In this document: in pieces, positions 19,735 to 27,437 of the stretch
How positions within the stretch are numbered: the first letter of the stretch is position 1
Layout of the letters: every line of letters starts with the position of its first letter
NCBI GenBank assembly: GCA_009695305.1
Contig: SIBG01000010.1
Span: 1,646-65,645 of the forward strand
Direction of reading: 5' to 3'
Source of the DNA: Opitutus sp.
GTDB taxonomy: Bacteria > Verrucomicrobiota > Verrucomicrobiia > Opitutales > Opitutaceae
DNA: 64,000 bases
Made by a program: the position numbers and the translations under genes
Notes under the pieces: generated by a model
Told to the model about the DNA's origin: nothing
The model's input: only the letters and a program-made list of their open reading frames with translations
Databases searched by the model: none

Positions 19735-19886
19735 TGCTCCGACCACGTCTACCGCCAGGCGATCACCGCTGCCGGCATGGGCTGCGCCGCCGCGATCGAC
19801 GCCGAGCGCTGGCTGGCGGAGCACCACGGGTAGTGGAGACGATGTCTGAGCTGTGAGAGAGCTGTGGGAGGGGCTTTATGCCCCGA
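19735..19886. repeat. copy B of the 152-bp direct repeat (orphan trxB C-terminal fragment + single REP)
   Basis: Encodes [31 protein letters not shown] plus a stop, identical in context to the trxB tail, followed by CTGTGGGAGGGGCTTTATGCCCCGA without an inverted partner. Confidence 0.9.
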
Positions 19887-19901
19887 TTTGAAGTCGCCAA
19901 A

Positions 19902-21194
19902 TCACCCCACCTCAAACCGCCGCGTCTGGATCGCGTTGCGGCCTGTCTTCAGCATGGGCCGCGGCTCCGGCTGGGCGTAGCCATTCAAATCTACGGCACG
20001 GGCACGCACTTCGTAACGGCCGGGGGCCAGGCCTCGGATCGATGCGGACCAAGAAACCATGCTGTAGCGCAGCGGCCAGGTTGCGGGCTGGCCGGTCACG
20101 GGATTGAAACCCAGAACCTCCCTGGCCGACACCCCGGCCGGGAAGATGTGACTCCAATCGGTGGGCGCATCGTCCAGCCGGCATTCCGTCCATTGCGCGT
20201 TCTGCCACGCTGGATCATCCTCGGAAAGTTCGCCGGGCTGGCCGTTGGCGGGACGTAACCAATATTCAACCCGCTGCAAACCCGACCAGCCAGCGATCGC
20301 GAGGCCACTCACGAACACGGGCTGGCCAACGGGAATTTTCCCGCTCACCTCGTCGAGATAGGCCGCCGTCTTGAGGTGCGATTCGGGATCGTTGTTGGCA
20401 ATCGCGTAGGTGTCGTTCGCCTTGAAATCGTTGGTGAGGACGATCTGCTGCAGCCACTTGATGGATTTGAATCCGTGCGACCAGGGAATGACCATCCGCA
20501 CCGGACCGCCGCGTTCCAGCGGGATCGGCGCGCCATTGAGCCGGTAGGCCAGAAAGGCGGGCAGCTCACCCGGCGGCGTTTCCATCGCGGCCGTGTAGCT
20601 CAACGAGGATTGGAATCTCTGCTTCGGGTCGTTGTTGTGAAATCCCCAGTAATAGATGCGGCGCACATTGGTCATCCGGCCGCAGAGCCGCAGCACCTCG
20701 CGCAGCGGCACGCCTTCCCACAAACCCTGCCCCAACGGCGTGGCAATATTCAGGCACTGCATGGCCTTGAGGAACTTCACCCCGTGCTTTCTTCCCAGTT
20801 CCATCAACGCGGCCAGGTCCAACGCGGTTCCGTCCGCGAGTGTCAGCGAGCGGGTGATGCTGGCCGGTAGTTTGACGATCTCATCGACCGTCGGATCGGC
20901 CACGATTTGCAGCCGCCACGTTTCCGGCGTGAGCCGGGCTTGAACGAGCGCGTCGCCGGTGAGCGTGAACGGCTTGGGATTGCCCCGGGACACGTCCTCG
21001 AACTTGTCCGCGGGGGTGAGAAAGGGATGCGGGTAAGTGGTCTTGGGTGGTCGCGGCGGTGCCTGCTTGGGTGCAACCGGAGTCGAAACCTCCGCGGCCA
21101 GCGCGGTGTTGAGCAGCCCCGCGGTCAGCGGGGCGGCAGCGAGGACGGATGTCCTGAGCATGAAGTCGCGGCGAGTGATGGGAGAGGGGGGCAT
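19902..21194 (-). CDS. Tat-exported molybdopterin-dependent oxidoreductase (sulfite-oxidase family)
   Basis: The ATG at 21194 gives MPPSPITRRDFMLRTSVLAAAPL (twin-arginine signal). Also an Oxidored_molyb-like core (KAMQCLN..., LAYRLNGAPIPLERGGPVRMVIPW..GFKSIKWL). Confidence 0.8.
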   Translation of the reverse strand: MPPSPITRRDFMLRTSVLAAAPLTAGLLNTALAAEVSTPVAPKQAPPRPPKTTYPHPFLTPADKFEDVSRGNPKPFTLTGDALVQARLTPETWRLQIVADPTVDEIVKLPASITRSLTLADGTALDLAALMELGRKHGVKFLKAMQCLNIATPLGQGLWEGVPLREVLRLCGRMTNVRRIYYWGFHNNDPKQRFQSSLSYTAAMETPPGELPAFLAYRLNGAPIPLERGGPVRMVIPWSHGFKSIKWLQQIVLTNDFKANDTYAIANNDPESHLKTAAYLDEVSGKIPVGQPVFVSGLAIAGWSGLQRVEYWLRPANGQPGELSEDDPAWQNAQWTECRLDDAPTDWSHIFPAGVSAREVLGFNPVTGQPATWPLRYSMVSWSASIRGLAPGRYEVRARAVDLNGYAQPEPRPMLKTGRNAIQTRRFEVG

Positions 21195-21302
21195 GATTGC
21201 CGATTTTCGATTTTCGATTGCCGATTGAGGCAGGACCAGGGCGATGAAGCGGAAAAGTGAGTCGCTCCGGTTGCTCAATTGGCAATCGCCCATCGGCAAT
21301 TC
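21195..21302. repeat. heptamer-array hairpin (AATCGAA family), two inverted arms
   Basis: Arm 1 (21195..21227) is GATTGCC GATTTTC GATTTTC GATTGCC GATTGAG. Arm 2 (21276..21302) is CAATTGG CAATCGC CCATCGG CAATTC, the inverse complement. It fills the gap between the TIR paralog 2 stop and the molybdoenzyme start. Confidence 0.75.
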
Positions 21303-23629
21303 TCAAAACAGCGGCGCGTTGTTCTTCGGGTCGTTGAGCAGCGCCTCGAACCGCGGGTCGCCGCGGAGCGGGGCATACAACGGGTCGTGTTTCATCTCAT
21401 AGATATTCAGCGAGCCCGGAATGCGCAGCAGCCGGGCAATTTCTCCGATGGCACGGTCTTTGTCACCGTTCCAGGCATCCACTTGGGCGCGCACCACGCT
21501 GATCCCTACGCCGACGAAAGCGTTGTGTGCCTCCGGCATATCCTCCGCTGCCCGGGCGATCCGGCGCAGCGCCTCGTCCTTGTTGCCCAGGATTGCCTCG
21601 ACGAGTGCGGCATCCCGCAGATGCTGGTTATTGTCCGGCTCGAGTTCAAGCCGCGCACGCAGCGTCGCGGGAATGGTTCCCAGTCGGGCACGCGCGCCGT
21701 CCAGATCGCCCTGGCTGCGGAAAACCGCCGCCGCGATCGTCGCCTTGGTGACATCGGGCAAACCTTCCGGGTCAGTGGGGGGATGGAGTCGATCCAGTCG
21801 GATAAACTCGGCGTAGTCGTTTCGTCGCAGCGCTTGGGTCATTCGCAGGCCGATGACCTCGGGCGATGACGCATCGCGGGCTTCCAGCCGAACGAGCAGT
21901 TCATCCGTGTCCCGGGTTGAACCGGTGGCGAGAAATGTCATCCGTGCAAGCTCCAACGCCCACTCCGGCCCGTCCGGCTGCAGCGCCACCAGGCGGCGTT
22001 GTTCCGCCAGCGCCTCGTCAAAGCGACGGACCATCCGGTAGGCCGACGCCAACACGCGGGCGGTCCCGGCATGGGTCGGGTCGAGCTGCGCCACTGTTCG
22101 CCGGGTGGCAATGTATTCGGGCCAACGACCTTGGATTAACTGGACAATGGCCAGCCGACTGCGTGTCTCGGCATCGTTCGGCTGGAGCCGCAGCAACTTC
22201 TCGAACTGCTCGCTCGCGCGAGCGTGATCCCTGAGGCCAAAATCAAAATAGACGCCGACCGCGCGGATCACCTCAGGCGATTCCGGCGCGAGCGCGCGCG
22301 CCCGGTCGATGGCGACCGTCGCTTTCGCCAGTCTGGCAGGTGTGGTGTCGACGTAGGCAACCCTCATTTCCACGTGCACGACCGCCAGTTCGCCCCACGC
22401 GATCGCAAACGCCGGATCGAGCGCTACGGCGGACTGGAGCAATGACTCCCGCTCTTGAAAAGATGCTTTCAATGATTTGTTGCTGCCTCTCGCCGCACGC
22501 GACTTGAGATAAAGATCGTAAGCGGCGGGATTCTCCGTCGGCCGCCGTGCGATCAGATTTTTTTCCTGCGGCGACAGCACGGTCTGGAGCGCACTGGCGA
22601 TGGCCTGGGCAATTTCGGACTGGATGGCGAAGACGTCGGTCAGTTTACGGGTGTAGGGCTGCGGCGACCAGATGTGGGTGTCGGTGCGGGCGTCGATCAG
22701 CTGGGCGCTCACCCGCACGGAGTCGGCCGCTCGCCGCACGCTGCATTCCAGAATATAGGTGACGCCGAGTTCGCGCGCGATTTCAGGCATTTTCTTGGTC
22801 GTATCGCGGTAGCCTATCACCGACTGGCGCGAGACCACGCGCAGCTCGCGGATGTTTTGCAGATTGGTCAGCACGTCCTCGTGGATGCCGTCGGCGAAGA
22901 ACGCGTTTCCCTTGTCTGGGCTGAGATTCGTGAAGGGCAGCACGGCAATGGACTTGTCGTTCAAAATCGGTGCTGCGGGCCCGGCTTTCGTTTCAGTCGC
23001 GGTCTTCGGCGGTGCGGTGAGTGGCTCGGATTTGCGGGTCGTAAAAAATGCGACGGCGCCAATTGCCGCAGCCGCGACTACGACCCACGTCCAGATCGGG
23101 ACGCCGCGGTTCGTCGGGGAGCGGGCTTTCGAGCCCGGGTCGTCGCGGCCCATGGGCTGGAAAGCCCGTGCCGCTTCGTTCCCCGGTGCGAGGAGGTGTT
23201 TGATTTGCTCGATGAATTGCGGCGTGGGCAGGCCACCGGGGAGGCGGGTCCACTGCACGCGCAGAAATTCCGCGGGCACGAGCGCACGCGATTCGGCGGT
23301 GTCGTCGATGGCCACTGGCACGAGGAACGGCACGCCCGCGGCCATGTCGTGCGTGCGCTCGACGGCGAGTTTCCACTCCCGGCGGAAATAACCTTCGCGG
23401 CGCGCCTGCGTGTGCGCGGAGATCACCGCGAGGAAAAGCGTGCAGCCGCGGATCTGGCCGCGAATCTTTTCGTCCCACGTGTCGCCCCCGTGCAGCTCAT
23501 TCTCGTCGAACCACACTTCGACCCCAAAGCCGCGCAACGCCTCCGCGATGCGGCGGGCGGCGTCGGTGTCCTCGCGCGCGTAACTGAGGAAGACGGCGCG
23601 GGCGTTGGGTGATGGGGGGAGTCGGACAC
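21303..23629 (-). CDS. TIR domain / single TM / TolB_N-like / TPR-repeat protein (paralog 2), 5' end frameshifted
   Basis: The intact ORF 21303..23537 starts at a TTG inside the TIR domain. The same frame continues upstream as ...PPSPNARAVFLSYAREDTDAARRIAEA with no start codon. A GTG at 23627..23629, homologous to the paralog 1 start, is one frame off across a G6 run (23614..23619). Confidence 0.7.
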
Positions 23630-23720
23630 GGGACGGACGAAGACCAATGGAGAACGTGGCCGCCGCGCCGGGTGGAGACGAGGAGAAATACGGAGCAGGT
23701 TTTAACCGCTAGTCCTCGCT

Positions 23721-23749
23721 AATAAAAAACCCCAGAGCCAGTTTCTGGC
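23721..23749 (-). terminator. weak intrinsic-terminator-like hairpin upstream of TIR paralog 2
   Basis: On the minus strand, CCAGA-AACTGGC-TCTGG is followed by GGTTTTTTATT. No convincing upstream gene. Confidence 0.3.
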
Positions 23750-23903
23750 CTTCGCGCTTCACCGATTAGGCGAAGCACGCATGCCTTCCCTCACCGCTTG
23801 ATTCCGAGCATCAGCGAGAATTAAAGGCTCCGAACGACTGGGATGAACTGACTGCTCGCTCCTGCCCGCTTGCCGACGCGCCTGGCGCCCGCACACTTGG
23901 CGG

Positions 23904-24425
23904 ATGAGTTCCACCCGCCTCCGCGCGATCCACCGCACCCTCGGCATCCCCTCCGACTATGGCGCGCGGCGCGGCTTGGGGCCGCAGCGCGAGGCCGTGA
24001 GCTTGGTTTCCATCGGTCGCACGCCCGACGACGGCAAAATCCTCCGGCTCACCCCCCGCACCGCCGCCGCGTGGCAGAGAATGCGCGAGGCCGCCGCCTG
24101 CGATGGCCTCGTGCTGCTGCCGCTCTCCGGTTTCCGTAGCGTGCGACGGCAGACCCAAATCATCCGCAGCAAACTCGCCGCCGGTCAGACCATCGCCGAC
24201 GTCCTGCGGCTCGTCGCGGCCCCCGGCTACAGCGAACACCACACGGGCCGCGCGATCGACATCGGCTCGCCGGAAAACATCGAGCTCGACGAGCGCTTCG
24301 CGCGGACCGCGGCGTTCCGCTGGCTGCGGCGGCGGGCCGGGGCGTTCGGATTTCGACTCTCCTACCCGCGTCGCAATCCGCACGGCATTGCTTACGAACC
24401 GTGGCACTGGTGCTGGGGCGGATAG
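23904..24425 (+). CDS. D-alanyl-D-alanine carboxypeptidase family (peptidase M15B/VanY-like)
   Basis: PGYSEHHTGRAIDI and AYEPWHWCW zinc-ligand motifs. Confidence 0.8.
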   Translation: MSSTRLRAIHRTLGIPSDYGARRGLGPQREAVSLVSIGRTPDDGKILRLTPRTAAAWQRMREAAACDGLVLLPLSGFRSVRRQTQIIRSKLAAGQTIADVLRLVAAPGYSEHHTGRAIDIGSPENIELDERFARTAAFRWLRRRAGAFGFRLSYPRRNPHGIAYEPWHWCWGG

Positions 24426-24504
24426 GATTCGCCAGGATGGCACTTGGGTTCGCCGCCTCCCCATTAGATTTTGGTGAGGCGGTCGCGCTCAACCATCATA
24501 GTTT

Positions 24505-24544
24505 GGAATGGTTCTAAATAGCACTTGCTCCTTAGAATCATTCC
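24505..24544. promoter_or_regulatory. Fur-box-like inverted repeat upstream of fur-suf
   Basis: GGAATGGTTCTAA-N14-TTAGAATCATTCC in the AT-richest stretch of the region. The right half (GAATCATTC) resembles the core of the Fur consensus. Confidence 0.4.
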
Positions 24545-24571
24545 AATTGATTGGCTGCCTCCCAAAACCAG

Positions 24572-25051
24572 ATGTCCACCGCCACCCTCCCCTCCGCCAC
24601 CCTCCCCTCCGACGCCCTCGCGCAACGCCTCGCCGACAGCGGTCTGCGCTCCACCCCGCAACGTGAGGTTATTTACGACGTGCTCCTCAAAAAGCGCGAC
24701 CACCCCACGGCCGACGAAGTTTTCGCCCGCGTAAAATCCGAACTTCCCACCGTCTCCCTCGCGACCGTCTACAACTGCCTGGAGACGCTCGTATCGTGCC
24801 AGCTCGTCCGCGCCGTGAACTTCGAGCGCGGCCCCACCCGCTATTGCCCGAACCTCAGCCCGCACGCGCATTTCCACGACGAGCAGTCCGGCCAGACCCA
24901 CGACATCGAGCTCCCGCCCGCCCTCCTCAAGAAAGTCCACGCCGTCCTCCCGCGCGGCTACGACGCGACCTCCGTCGAAATCATCTTCCGCGGCAAAGCC
25001 ACGCGCAGCAGCGAGCAACGAGCAGCGAGTAGCCAGCCTACCCGCTCCTGA
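24572..25051 (+). CDS. fur: Fur-family transcriptional regulator
   Basis: [40 protein letters not shown] is a winged helix, followed by an HAHFHD metal-site motif. The last ~14 codons are encoded by a heptamer array. Confidence 0.8.
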   Translation: MSTATLPSATLPSDALAQRLADSGLRSTPQREVIYDVLLKKRDHPTADEVFARVKSELPTVSLATVYNCLETLVSCQLVRAVNFERGPTRYCPNLSPHAHFHDEQSGQTHDIELPPALLKKVHAVLPRGYDATSVEIIFRGKATRSSEQRAASSQPTRS

Positions 25052-25092
25052 AAGTTTTTCTACCCACTACCCGCTCCTCACTACTTTCCGCA
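25008..25092. repeat. two back-to-back heptamer arrays (fur tail to sufC start)
   Basis: GCAGCGA GCAACGA GCAGCGA GTAGCCA GCCTACC..., then CTACCCA CTACCCG CTCCTCA CTACTTT CCGCA followed by the ATG at 25093. Confidence 0.7.
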
Positions 25093-25854
25093 ATGAGCCA
25101 ACTCGAAATTACCAACCTCCACGTCGCCATCGGCGAAAAGGAAATCGTCAAGGACCTCTCGCTGACCATCCGCAGCGGCGAAGTCCACGCCATCATGGGG
25201 CCCAACGGCACCGGCAAATCCACGCTCTCCAAAGCGATCGCCGGCCACCCCGATTATACGATCACCTCGGGCGACGTCCGGCTCGACGGCAAATCCATCC
25301 TCGATCAGGAAGCCGATGAGCGCGCCCGCGCCGGCCTCTTCCTCGCGTTTCAATACCCGAGTGAAATCCCCGGCGTCTCCATCGCGAATTTTCTGCGCGC
25401 CGCCCAGCAGGCGCGGATGGCCGAGGGCGAGGAACTCGACGCCAGCGCTTACTACAAGCGGCTCTACTCGAAAATGGATCTGCTCAAGATCGACCGGAAG
25501 TTCACCTCCCGCTCCGTCAACGACGGTTTCTCCGGCGGCGAAAAAAAGCGCTGCGAGATTCTCCAGATGGCGATGCTCGAGCCCAAGTTCGCGCTGATGG
25601 ACGAGACCGACTCCGGTCTCGATATCGACGCTCTCCGCATTGTCGCCGACGGCGTCAACACCATGCGCAGCCCCAATCTCGGCGTGCTCATGATCACGCA
25701 CTATCAGCGCCTCCTCGACTACATCGTCCCCGACCACGTCCACGTCATGTGGGACGGCCAAATCGTGAAGACCGGCGACAAATCCCTCGCCCTCGAACTT
25801 GAGGCCAAAGGCTACGACTGGGTGAAGAAGGAACTGGCGGCGGCCACCGGCTAA
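25093..25854 (+). CDS. sufC: Fe-S cluster assembly ATPase SufC
   Basis: GPNGTGKST Walker A, LSGGEKKR-like FSGGEKKR, and [10 protein letters not shown]. Confidence 0.95.
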   Translation: MSQLEITNLHVAIGEKEIVKDLSLTIRSGEVHAIMGPNGTGKSTLSKAIAGHPDYTITSGDVRLDGKSILDQEADERARAGLFLAFQYPSEIPGVSIANFLRAAQQARMAEGEELDASAYYKRLYSKMDLLKIDRKFTSRSVNDGFSGGEKKRCEILQMAMLEPKFALMDETDSGLDIDALRIVADGVNTMRSPNLGVLMITHYQRLLDYIVPDHVHVMWDGQIVKTGDKSLALELEAKGYDWVKKELAAATG

Positions 25855-25864
25855 ACGCCCAACC

Positions 25865-25952
25865 CTCAACGCTGAACTCTCAACGCTCAATGACCACCGC
25901 CCACCTCTGCTCACTTCAACGTTCAGTGTTGAACGTTAAACGTTGAGCGTTC
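25865..25952. repeat. heptamer-word hairpin between sufC and sufB
   Basis: Arm 1 is CTCAACGCTGAACTCTCAACGCTCAATG. Arm 2 is TTCAACG TTCAGTG TTGAACG TTAAACG TTGAGCG TT (strict period 7), the inverse complement of arm 1. Confidence 0.75.
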
Positions 25953-25977
25953 CGCGGCCTCCACTGAACCGATCACC

Positions 25978-27429
25978 ATGAAACCTCTTTCCGACACCCT
26001 CTCCGCTCCCGACACCGACGAAGCCGCGGCTAATCCGGTCGTCGGCATCGACCAGACCAAGGGTGACTTTCAATACAAGGTCGCCTACGAGTTCGACGCC
26101 GGCACCGGCCTCTCGGAAAAAACCGTGCGCTACATCAGCTCGGTCAAAAAAGAGGCGCCGTGGATTCTCGAATTCCGCCTCAACGCGCTGAAGAAATTCC
26201 TCTCGATGCCCATGCCCACCCACTGGGCCACGAAGGATCTCGAGAACATCAATTTCGACAAAATCCGCTACTACCTCGCGTCGGGCCAAAAACCGAAGCG
26301 CACGTGGGACGAAGTGCCTGCCGACATCAAGCGCACGTTCGAGCGGCTCGGCATCCCCGAGCAGGAGCGCAAGTTTCTCGCCGGCGTCGAAGCCCAGTTC
26401 GACTCCGAGGCCGCCTACTCGAACATCAAGGAAATCGTCGCGAAACAGGGCGTCATCTTCGCGAACTCCACCGAGGCCCTGCGGGAGCACCCGGAGATTT
26501 TCCGCAAGTTTTTCGGCAAGGTCATCCCGACCGGAGACAACAAGTTCTCCGCGCTCAACAGCGCCGTGTTTTCCGGCGGTTCGTTCATCTACGTGCCGAA
26601 GGGCGTGAAAGTCGCCCAGCCGCTCCAAGCCTACTTCCGCATCAACGCGGAAAACTTCGGCCAGTTCGAACGCACCCTGATCATCTGCGACGAGGGCGCC
26701 GAGGTGGTCTACATGGAGGGCTGCACCGCCCCGAAATTCTCCACTTCGACGCTCCATAGCGCCGTCGTCGAACTCGTCGCACTCAAGGGCGCGAAAATCC
26801 AATACATCACCGTCCAGAACTGGGCGAACAACGTCTTCAATCTCGTCACCAAGCGCGGCGTCGCGCACGAGGAGGCCGAGATCAAGTGGATCGATTGCAA
26901 CATCGGCAGCCGGCTCACGATGAAATATCCGGGCGTCGTCCTGAAGGGCCGGAAGGCCCGCGGCGAAGTCCTCTCGATCGCGCTCGCGAACGACGGCCAG
27001 CACCAGGACACCGGCGCGAAAATGATCCACGCAGCCGACGAGACCACCTCGAACATCATCGCGAAATCCATATCGGTGGGCCAGGGCCGCAGCACCTACC
27101 GCGGCGTCGTCCACATCCCGAAACACCTCAAGGGCTGCAAGAACAACACCGAGTGCGATGCGCTGCTCATCAATTCCAACAGCCGCACCGACACCTATCC
27201 CGCCATCTCCGTGCGCGGCGACCGCCACGCCGTGCAGCATGAGGCGAGCGTGTCGAAGGTCAGCGCCGACCAGATCTTCTACATGCAGTCGCGCGGCCTC
27301 ACCGAGGGCCAGGCGATGAGCCTCAGCGTTAACGGCTTTATCAACGACCTCGCCCGCCAGTTCCCGATGGAATATTCCGTCGAACTAAAGCGCCTCATCG
27401 ATTTGGAAATGGAAGGAAGCGTCGGCTGA
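25978..27429 (+). CDS. sufB: Fe-S cluster assembly scaffold SufB
   Basis: 483 aa with typical SufB blocks ([37 protein letters not shown]). Confidence 0.95.
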   Translation: MKPLSDTLSAPDTDEAAANPVVGIDQTKGDFQYKVAYEFDAGTGLSEKTVRYISSVKKEAPWILEFRLNALKKFLSMPMPTHWATKDLENINFDKIRYYLASGQKPKRTWDEVPADIKRTFERLGIPEQERKFLAGVEAQFDSEAAYSNIKEIVAKQGVIFANSTEALREHPEIFRKFFGKVIPTGDNKFSALNSAVFSGGSFIYVPKGVKVAQPLQAYFRINAENFGQFERTLIICDEGAEVVYMEGCTAPKFSTSTLHSAVVELVALKGAKIQYITVQNWANNVFNLVTKRGVAHEEAEIKWIDCNIGSRLTMKYPGVVLKGRKARGEVLSIALANDGQHQDTGAKMIHAADETTSNIIAKSISVGQGRSTYRGVVHIPKHLKGCKNNTECDALLINSNSRTDTYPAISVRGDRHAVQHEASVSKVSADQIFYMQSRGLTEGQAMSLSVNGFINDLARQFPMEYSVELKRLIDLEMEGSVG

Positions 27430-27437
27430 ACCCTTTT

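Noticed and set aside
19651-19833. 60-aa plus-strand ORF ending in ...[32 protein letters not shown].
   Set aside because: This is not an independent gene. Its C-terminal half is the duplicated trxB tail (copy B of the 152-bp repeat), fused to unrelated upstream sequence.
21195-21302. Heptamer and other short-word arrays as possible CRISPR arrays.
   Set aside because: The units are only 6-9 nt and directly tandem, without unique spacers. No cas genes are present.
23759-23947. 62-aa minus-strand ORF feeding into the terminator-like hairpin at 23721..23749.
   Set aside because: It is Arg-rich with shadow-like composition, and it overlaps the start of the M15 peptidase gene on the other strand. 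It is not credible as a gene.
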